In this document: positions 26,122 to 31,543 of the stretch, in pieces
How positions within the stretch are numbered: the first letter of the stretch is position 1
How the letters are laid out: each line of letters begins with the position of its first letter
The notes under the pieces: model-generated
The model's input: only the letters and a program-made list of their open reading frames with translations
Told to the model about the DNA's origin: nothing
Databases searched by the model: none
Virus record (IMG/VR): IMGVR_UViG_3300037473_000101
Coordinates: 1 to 43,967 of that record
Direction: 5' to 3' (one strand)
DNA length: 43,967 bases
Source of the DNA: a virus
Made by a program: the position numbers and the translations under genes

Positions 26122-26339
26122 GGCGCTTCGTCCCAAAACACTTCGGACAACGGCGCTCCGGGCACGTCTTTCGGGCCACATAGATGAAGGATGATGCCGC
26201 GCAGATCCATCAGGCTCTTGCGATAAACCGCCTCGCTAATTCCGTAGGGCGCCCGGATAATATCGCCAGCGATTCCAAAGGCCGCCTTTTGGTCGGTCGT
26301 CAGCGCCGCTAAGGCCTCCAATTTCTTTACGTCACTCAT
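26118..26339 (-). CDS. Hypothetical protein (73 aa)
   Basis: ATG at 26339 preceded by AGGAGG and by the CCGGCCCGCAGCATTCTT motif. Confidence 0.55.
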   Translation of the reverse strand: MSDVKKLEALAALTTDQKAAFGIAGDIIRAPYGISEAVYRKSLMDLRGIILHLCGPKDVPGAPLSEVFWDEAP

Positions 26340-26378
26340 CGCTCTCACCCTCCTATCTAAAGAATGCTGCGGGCCGGG

Positions 26379-26585
26379 CTAGTGCTTGGCCGCTCTGGGC
26401 GTGAACGCATCGCCAATGCTGAAAGAGCCATCCTGAGGGATGGGGGAGCAACACGCCCGGCATGGCATCCCGGCTCCTCCGCAGCTGCAGGCATTCGCTG
26501 CGGCGCTCATCGGACCCCACGGCTGGTTAGGATGGTCCTCGCAAACGTGGCCCGTGTCGTCGCAATATCGGCACTGAGCCATCAC
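26379..26585 (-). CDS. Cys-rich zinc-ribbon-like protein (68 aa)
   Basis: MAQCRYCDDTGHVCEDHPNQPW...CSCGGAGMPCRACC. Confidence 0.55.
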   Translation of the reverse strand: MMAQCRYCDDTGHVCEDHPNQPWGPMSAAANACSCGGAGMPCRACCSPIPQDGSFSIGDAFTPRAAKH

Positions 26586-26598
26586 ATCCTCCTATCGG

Positions 26599-26784
26599 CT
26601 AGTCTTTCAGCTCGTAGCCGGATTTTAGCGCCTTCAGCCGGGCGTCAAGGTGCGCAAGGTCTCCGCTGCTGGGGCATTTACCGCCAACCTTTGTGAGGCC
26701 GCAGATGCCGCATGGCGTCACATCCTTGGCAAAGATAACCCGGCCGTCTTCTATGAATGGCTGAACCTGCGTCACTCGCTTCAT
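26599..26784 (-). CDS. Hypothetical protein (61 aa) with a CGICG...C motif
   Basis: ATG at 26784 preceded by GGGAGGG and by the CCGGCCCGCAGCATTCTT motif. Confidence 0.55.
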   Translation of the reverse strand: MKRVTQVQPFIEDGRVIFAKDVTPCGICGLTKVGGKCPSSGDLAHLDARLKALKSGYELKD

Positions 26785-26964
26785 CTTACCCTCCCTTAAG
26801 AATGCTGCGGGCCGGTTGGATTCAAACCAACGTGAGTCCCGATCCCTCGGGTCTCCGGGCGCGTTGCCCGGCGCATTCGTTCGCTCTGCCACAGTCCGCA
26901 GCATTGACCGGCGAACCGATCCCGAGTATTGTACGGACACGCTGACTCAGACGCAAGGGCAATC

Positions 26965-27153
26965 GTGTCGAAAGCATCGAAGAAACCGGCTCCCGATAAC
27001 CGCCTGCAACTCCGCTACACGGAGGACTGGCTGAAGCGGATAAATCTCTGGCGGCGCGCCCAACCCGATCCCATTCCAAACATCTCCGAAGCCATCCGCA
27101 CCCTAGTCACCTCAGCCCTAGACGCAGACATGAAGAAGGGGAGCAAGAAGTGA
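26965..27153 (+). CDS. Ribbon-helix-helix (CopG/Arc-like) regulator candidate
   Basis: LQLRYTEDWLKRINLWRR...NISEAIRTLVTSAL fits a strand-helix-helix pattern. GTG at 26965 follows AAGGG, with an alternative TTG at 26929. Divergent from the 26118-26784 operon. Confidence 0.5.
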   Translation: MSKASKKPAPDNRLQLRYTEDWLKRINLWRRAQPDPIPNISEAIRTLVTSALDADMKKGSKK

Positions 27154-27446
27154 GCGAGTGGAAGACGATCGATTCAGCGCCGAAGGACAAGATGTTTATC
27201 GGCGGGTACTTTAACCAGCCTTGGGCGGAAAGCCACCGCGAGGGCGAGATAGTCAAGTGCTGGTGGCAGCCTGAGTTTGAGTGCTTCATTTCTGGCTGCA
27301 ACGAAATGCGGCTCGCGGCTGGCTATCAATTCGAGGACGGCGCCACCCGCAGGCTGCATTCGCCCCAGCGCGAGGATGTCACGCACTGGATGCCCCTCCC
27401 CGAACCCCCATCATCTACCCCAGCCAGTGAAGGGAGGGAGAAGTGA
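27150..27446 (+). CDS. DUF551 domain protein
   Basis: WKTIDSAPKD...THWMPLPEPP hallmark. GTGA junction inside the repeated 13-mer. Confidence 0.65.
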   Translation: MSEWKTIDSAPKDKMFIGGYFNQPWAESHREGEIVKCWWQPEFECFISGCNEMRLAAGYQFEDGATRRLHSPQREDVTHWMPLPEPPSSTPASEGREK

Positions 27447-27622
27447 GCGAGCACGGCATTGTTCACTTGAAGGGAAGCCCGGAACGCGGATGGCAAGTGT
27501 TCGAGGGCGAATCCCTGGTCGGCTGGTTCGCGGACGAGCAGGCAGCGCGAGAGACCGCGCACGAGCTGCTGCGCACCCGCCAAAACCCCTTCGCCAACCC
27601 CACCCAGAGCGACGACACATAG
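27443..27622 (+). CDS. Hypothetical protein (59 aa)
   Basis: GTGA junction inside the repeated 13-mer. VSEHGIVHLKGSPERGWQVFEGESLVGWFADEQAARETAHELL. Confidence 0.45.
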   Translation: MSEHGIVHLKGSPERGWQVFEGESLVGWFADEQAARETAHELLRTRQNPFANPTQSDDT

Positions 27623-27787
27623 ACCTGAGTCGGGAGAGAATGTAGAATCGGGATGCTGCGGCGGCGTGGATGGACACGCAGGATAACCACAAGTCCTATT
27701 GCTGGCGTTGGTGGCTAGAGCCCAAGGCATACAGCCGGTATAAGCCCGGCCCGCAGCAACCCACCCTACACGCCGAGGAGATGAGCG

Positions 27788-28004
27788 GTGACACAGCAGA
27801 TGAGCGACGCTCTTCAGTTCACCATCAACTTCACCCGCGCCTCAGACGGCCGGATCAAGGCCAAGAGCCCCGATGTGCCGGGGCTATTCCTCCCCCTACG
27901 ATTTCGACGCTCTCTGCCGAGACCTATCGATAAGCGTTCGGGACCTGTTGCGCGAGAACCGCGGAATCGATCTCGCCAACTCCACCAAAGGCAACACCCC
28001 CTAG
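27788..28004 (+). pseudogene. DUF1902 / HicB-fold protein gene with an apparent +1 frameshift in a C5 run
   Basis: Frame A gives MSDALQFTINFTRASDGRIKAKSPDVPGLFL up to CCCCC at 27892-27896. The family-like continuation YDFDALCRDLSISVRDLLRENRGIDL... is in the next frame and ends at TAG 28002-28004. As listed, the uninterrupted ORF runs 27788-28018. Confidence 0.5.
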
Positions 28005-28012
28005 CCCCCATC

Positions 28013-28245
28013 TCATAGAGCTTCATCGAGACGGGTATGGCGCGGGTAGCGGTTCTGCATTAGCAACTGTCGGGCACCGCAAAAGCAGCGCCGCCGATAA
28101 TCCTCCTCAACCCAGTTATGTACATGGCGCGGACTTAAGGCTCGCCGGAATAGGGTAGTGCAATCGGGGTGGATGGCGTAAATAGCTGGTTCGCCTCGAA
28201 GCGCTTCGCTGCGGCATCCTGGGTCGATAGCTGGAACTTAGCCAC
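28013..28245 (-). pseudogene. Small HTH-like gene split between two frames (apparent -1 frameshift)
   Basis: GGAGG plus GTG at 28245 opens MAKFQLSTQDAAAKRFEANQ..., which stops at TAA 28135-28137. A start-less overlapping frame continues AIYAIHPDCTTLFRRALSPRHVHNWVEEDYRRRCFCGARQLLMQNRYPRH to TGA 28013-28015. Confidence 0.35.
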
Positions 28246-28266
28246 GCAGTCCTCCAATTTCAGAGT

Positions 28267-28303
28267 CTACTTGTACAAGTAGCGGCCCTACTTGATCAAG
28301 TAG
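28267..28303. promoter_or_regulatory. Two tandem perfect 16-bp palindromes (operator pair)
   Basis: CTACTTGTACAAGTAG at 28267-28282 and CTACTTGATCAAGTAG at 28288-28303, with centres 21 bp apart, just upstream of the minus-strand gene starting at 28245. Confidence 0.6.
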
Positions 28304-28489
28304 GGGTGTTATTTGATGGGTAAATTGATAAAAATACTTGACGCTAAGCATCAAATGGCGTCACCGGCCATGTGTGGTCGATTAAGGAAATTGTGGCGCT
28401 GGCGGATGCCGCCTATGCCGCGCCGAAGTCGCGCGGACCGTATAAGAAGCGGGCGCAGGGGTAGATTGCTGGATCCCTGTGAAGAAAGT

Positions 28490-28576
28490 TGTGGATAACG
28501 TGTGGGTAACTCCTGTGGATAACTATAGATACGGTATATCCACAGAATTTAGCACCAAATGTTGATTTGTGGATCG
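28490..28576. promoter_or_regulatory. Cluster of five DnaA-box-like 9-mers (putative replication origin or DnaA-controlled region)
   Basis: TGTGGATAA at 28490-28498, TGTGGGTAA at 28501-28509, TGTGGATAA at 28514-28522, ATATCCACA at 28536-28544 (opposite orientation) and TGTGGATCG at 28568-28576. Consensus is TTATCCACA / TGTGGATAA. Confidence 0.6.
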
Positions 28577-28588
28577 CCAGGGATCTTG

Positions 28589-28605
28589 CTTCTCGAATCG
28601 AGAAG
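28589..28605. promoter_or_regulatory. 17-bp perfect palindrome centred on a GANTC (CcrM-type) site
   Basis: CTTCTCGAATCGAGAAG, with GAATC at 28595-28599. Confidence 0.5.
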
Positions 28606-28612
28606 AGGCATG

Positions 28613-28641
28613 AATCAAAACACCCCGCTTTTGGCGGGGTG
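28613..28641 (-). terminator. Rho-independent terminator-like hairpin (functional on the minus strand)
   Basis: CACCCCGC-TTTTG-GCGGGGTG at 28621-28641. On the minus strand it is followed by TTTTGATT. Confidence 0.45.
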
Positions 28642-28647
28642 CTCTGT

Positions 28648-28747
28648 GGAAGTGTGGCAGAGTGGTTTATCGCAGCGGTCTTTAAAACCGTCGGGGGAAC
28701 GCCCGTCAAAGTCAGTACCCCCGTGGGTTCGAATCCCACCACTTCCG
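28648..28747 (+). tRNA. Type II (Ser-like) tRNA with anticodon UUA, a putative ochre suppressor, and an unusually long variable region
   Basis: Acceptor GGAAGTG/CACTTCC and discriminator G. T arm GTGGG-TTCGAAT-CCCAC. Anticodon arm GCGGT-CTTTAAA-ACCGT with U33 and A37, so positions 34-36 are TTA. Variable region is 31 nt. The D stem has one A.C mismatch. CCA is not encoded (CCG follows). Confidence 0.7.
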
Positions 28748-28758
28748 CCGTCTACCAG

Positions 28759-28790
28759 GGGCGGTCCCTTCGGGGGCCGCCCTTTCTCTT
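28759..28790 (+). terminator. Rho-independent terminator downstream of the tRNA
   Basis: GGGCGGTCCC-TTCG-GGGGCCGCCC (10-bp stem with one G.U pair, TTCG tetraloop) followed by TTTCTCTT. Confidence 0.7.
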
Positions 28791-28922
28791 ATCCTAGACT
28801 CACAGCAACCCGTTAACGCAAGGTTAATCCGAGTCGGTCAATGCCGAATCTTGAGCCCTTTCGACTCGCGTTTCAAGGCGGATCTCGTCAGAATTTGACG
28901 AAATCTGACGGATTTCGCCGGA

Positions 28923-29096
28923 ATGCCCGACAAACCAAAAGAAATACGCTTCACCGTTTCTGCGACTCTGCACGCTTATCTAGAGCGGCTTGCCGAGAAG
29001 ACCGTGCTTGGCAAAACGGCGAACGATGTGGCGCAGCAAATCCTTACTCAGCAACTCGCGCTGATGCGGCAGGAAGACTATTCCGAGAAAGTATAA
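28923..29096 (+). CDS. Ribbon-helix-helix-like small protein (57 aa)
   Basis: MPDKPKEIRFTVSATLHAYLERLAEKTVLGKTANDVAQQILTQQL fits a strand-helix-helix pattern. Repeated TGACG/CGTCA elements lie at 28886-28910 just upstream. Under the ORF-track cutoff. Confidence 0.4.
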   Translation: MPDKPKEIRFTVSATLHAYLERLAEKTVLGKTANDVAQQILTQQLALMRQEDYSEKV

Positions 29097-29105
29097 GATC
29101 GCGCG

Positions 29106-29168
29106 GTGCGGGCCGTTGGGGCGGTCGGTTTCATTAGCTGTCCGCAGGTTCGAGCCCTGCTCCGCACG
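29106..29168 (+). other. tRNA-like remnant (acceptor stem and T arm intact, body too short)
   Basis: GTGCGGG...GCAGG-TTCGAGC-CCTGC-TCCGCAC-G. Only 31 nt lie between the acceptor 5' strand and the T arm, so the D arm and/or anticodon arm cannot both form. Confidence 0.4.
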
Positions 29169-29299
29169 TCACTGCGGGCGCGCATACCCCGTCATTCAAT
29201 CCCATGCCAACCGGCATACCCCCTCAATTCAAACTAAGACACTACCCGGAATAGGGAGACTATATTTTCCATAACGAGTGCGTCCTTCCGAATCGCTGT

Positions 29300-29656
29300 C
29301 TAGTGGCCGATGATTTCCGCTATCCGCCGCAGCAGCTCCGGGGCAGGCTCGAACCACTCGCCACGGAGCCGGTAGCGGGTAAATTCCCGGTGCAGGGCGG
29401 CTTCCCGCAGCCTGCCGCCATGGACGGCCCCGAGGAGCGTCAGGGCCTCATGGTGGACGCCCTGGATCAGCCGCATCCGGTCGCGGGGATCGATGGCGAT
29501 GCCGATCTTGATCGGCCCGCTGGCGCTCTGGATGAAATAGACTAGCTTGGCGCGGCGCACCTTGCGCCCGGCCGCCAAGTCCTCGCGCTCAAGGCCCTTA
29601 TAGGCTCGCTCGTACTCTCGGGTGAGCAGGGCCTCCGGGTGCTTCCTTCTTTCCAT
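29300..29656 (-). CDS. T5orf172 / MUG113 (GIY-YIG-like) domain protein
   Basis: KLVYFIQSASGPIKIGIAIDPRDRMRLIQ...GGRLREAALHREFTRYRLRGEWF. ATG at 29656 chosen within ORF 29300-29737. Confidence 0.65.
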   Translation of the reverse strand: MERRKHPEALLTREYERAYKGLEREDLAAGRKVRRAKLVYFIQSASGPIKIGIAIDPRDRMRLIQGVHHEALTLLGAVHGGRLREAALHREFTRYRLRGEWFEPAPELLRRIAEIIGH

Positions 29657-29804
29657 AATCACCACACACTTGGTTTCTGGTCGGTGTGAGCCGTTTCGTC
29701 TACCTGTAGGAGCGAACTGCACAGGAACGATAATCACAGGGTAAATTGACTAAGCAGCTTAGAATCTTGCGACTCTTACAATGTTGCGGGTGCGGTCAAA
29801 AACG

Positions 29805-29843
29805 CGTTCGCATAATGTATATTAGTTGAAGATTATGGAAAAT
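29805..29843. other. dif-like XerC/XerD recombination site
   Basis: CGTTCGCATAA-TGTATA-TTAGTTGAAGA followed by TTATGGAAAAT. Positions 29809-29824 (CGCATAATGTATATTA) are identical to the core of E. coli dif, GGTGCGCATAATGTATATTATGTTAAAT. Confidence 0.6.
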
Positions 29844-29893
29844 ATCAACATCTAGTAGGTCTTTAACATTGTTTCCTATTTACAGGTGAGGGG

Positions 29894-30223
29894 TTAGCCC
29901 TCGTCCTTGATCCTCGGGTACATGCCGTTCTTGTAGGCCCCTCCGTGCATCTGGCGGATCTGGTTGTTCACTGCGGCGATCTCGTGCTTGATCGCCATGA
30001 GCTGAGTATACTCGTCCAGGTCGGTGCGGCGAGCGGTGAAAGCGAGTTGTTCGGCTAGGCCGGCGAGGAGGGGAGCGATCTTCCGAATCAGATGCACGTC
30101 ATTGAACGGAATCTGAAGCCGCCCCGATGCCCCGATAAGCTCGCGCTTCCAGGCGGGCATCTCATCGAACTGCGAGGCCCTGCGGCGTTTGTCCATCACT
30201 TCCTCAGGCGTAATCTGGACCAT
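29894..30223 (-). CDS. Hypothetical protein (109 aa), last gene of the long minus-strand operon
   Basis: ORF with an ATG start, co-oriented with the early block. Confidence 0.6.
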   Translation of the reverse strand: MVQITPEEVMDKRRRASQFDEMPAWKRELIGASGRLQIPFNDVHLIRKIAPLLAGLAEQLAFTARRTDLDEYTQLMAIKHEIAAVNNQIRQMHGGAYKNGMYPRIKDEG

Positions 30224-30302
30224 TCTAAACTCCTTTCTTGAACCTGATCGGTCTCTCCGTCACCTCTGGATCTCCACCCACCTAGCCCCTGTTCCCGAGC
30301 AA

Positions 30303-30620
30303 TCACCACAAGGGCGCATCATTCATCTCCTGTGGAGATGTTGACTTGATGGGCTTGCCGTCCAATCCACAGCCCAGTGTTTCGGTGATGACATGCGCCG
30401 TCATGACGCGGAAATCTTCGTGGCTCATGTCCTGATTGCCGTACTGTGCTAGAATCGTGCGCAAGGCGCCGTCCGCCTGGAGTGCTGCGGCTATCTCTGC
30501 CCTGTGGTTGAGCGCCCAGCTCCCGAGCAACGCACAGGCGGCATGCTGAATGTCCATGCGCTCCGGGAACGATACGGACGCTCTATCAGCCAGGGAGGAG
30601 AACTCGGTTGAGAGGGTCAT
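30303..30620 (-). CDS. Hypothetical protein (105 aa)
   Basis: ORF with an ATG start in the early block. Confidence 0.6.
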   Translation of the reverse strand: MTLSTEFSSLADRASVSFPERMDIQHAACALLGSWALNHRAEIAAALQADGALRTILAQYGNQDMSHEDFRVMTAHVITETLGCGLDGKPIKSTSPQEMNDAPLW

Positions 30621-30663
30621 GCGGGCTTTCCCTTCAGTGCGCGGATGGCGGTCTGGGCGCCAG

Positions 30664-30948
30664 TCACAGGAACAACTCCGTTCCTTCTGGGAGCTTCATC
30701 AGCACGTCGTAGAGCTTGCCAGGGAGCATGTTGCCGTTCGCGTCGAAGCACTCCGGGGCGACCTTCCGGAACAACGCGGCTTGTTCAGCTTTTCGGCGCT
30801 GAAGGCTGCACTCCGCCACGCTCTTGATCGTGATCGGGCCGCCGTCGTGCCAAGAAGTGTCCACGGCACAGCCAGCGGGGGCAGGGTCGCCCACCCATAG
30901 CGGGTAGGCGTTCGTGTCTCCGCAGATCGGGCATTTATGCCTTGGCAT
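30664..30948 (-). CDS. Hypothetical Cys-containing protein (94 aa)
   Basis: MPRHKCPICGDTNAYPLW... ATG at 30948 inside ORF 30664-30981. Confidence 0.55.
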   Translation of the reverse strand: MPRHKCPICGDTNAYPLWVGDPAPAGCAVDTSWHDGGPITIKSVAECSLQRRKAEQAALFRKVAPECFDANGNMLPGKLYDVLMKLPEGTELFL

Positions 30949-31405
30949 TGTTGCTCTTCCTCGCTCTGATGGCGGCGGCAAGGGCCTTGGTCAGGCTGAC
31001 CTCATCGCTTTCGTTAGTGCGGGTTCCAGTCCCCCATTCAGGCCATGTCCGATAGCGCCCATTGTAGAGAGCGCCCTTGTAGGGACAGCCCTCGACTATC
31101 CCGGCCGCCCTCTCATAAGCCGCATCAACAGCCTCCTGAGTGCTGAGGCGCGTTAGCATGTCCCCAGCTTCTCGACACAGCTCCATCAGGGCTTTCGTGC
31201 TGTCGCTTACAGATACACCGGAGAGACGGGTGGAGAGGGTCCGGACTTCTTCAGCGGAAGGGGAAGCGGAATGGGAGCGGATGAAGTTCGAAGCGGCGAT
31301 GAGGTCTTTGGTTTGAAGCACCCACGACATGCCGCCGGTTACTGTCTCTGGCGGTTGAAGGCGCGGGTCTATAGCATCGGCTAAGTCGGTGAGGGAGAGG
31401 GTCAT
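30935..31405 (-). CDS. Hypothetical protein (156 aa)
   Basis: MTLSLTDLADAIDP... ATG at 31405, with an ATGA overlap to the upstream mini-ORF. Confidence 0.55.
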   Translation of the reverse strand: MTLSLTDLADAIDPRLQPPETVTGGMSWVLQTKDLIAASNFIRSHSASPSAEEVRTLSTRLSGVSVSDSTKALMELCREAGDMLTRLSTQEAVDAAYERAAGIVEGCPYKGALYNGRYRTWPEWGTGTRTNESDEVSLTKALAAAIRARKSNNAKA

Positions 31406-31506
31406 GGTTGACTCCCGGCGATGCTGTAGAGCAGAACGCAAATAGGTATCCAAACCAGAAAAAAGAACGTCCAGAAACCGGCGTCATTCTCGGGCTTATA
31501 TCTCAC
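31402..31506 (-). CDS. Small membrane peptide (34 aa)
   Basis: GGAGG plus GTG at 31506. MRYKPENDAGFWTFFFLVWIPICVLLYSIAGSQP. The stop overlaps the next ATG. Confidence 0.35.
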   Translation of the reverse strand: MRYKPENDAGFWTFFFLVWIPICVLLYSIAGSQP

Positions 31507-31543
31507 CGCACACCTCCTGCGCTGCTATCCTTCCCATCCTGGG

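Noticed and set aside
28318-28328. 11-mer GGGTAAATTGA shared by the two AT-rich regulatory gaps (28318-28328 and 29739-29749)
   Set aside because: A single repeat of an 11-mer is expected many times by chance in 2 x 44 kb. There is no extended similarity around it.
28313-28498. 61-aa plus-strand ORF, and a short frame ending ...EIVALADAAYAAPKSRGPYKKRAQG, inside the putative origin region
   Set aside because: R/M/P-rich composition, no ribosome-binding site, and it overlaps the AT-rich tract and the first DnaA box. The short alternative frame is only about 31 codons with a GTG start. Treated as non-coding.
28413-28742. 109-aa minus-strand ORF starting MVGFEPTGV...
   Set aside because: It is the antisense translation of the tRNA T arm and acceptor (GGTTCGAATCCCAC gives GFEPT) and of the terminator and DnaA-box region. 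It is not a gene.
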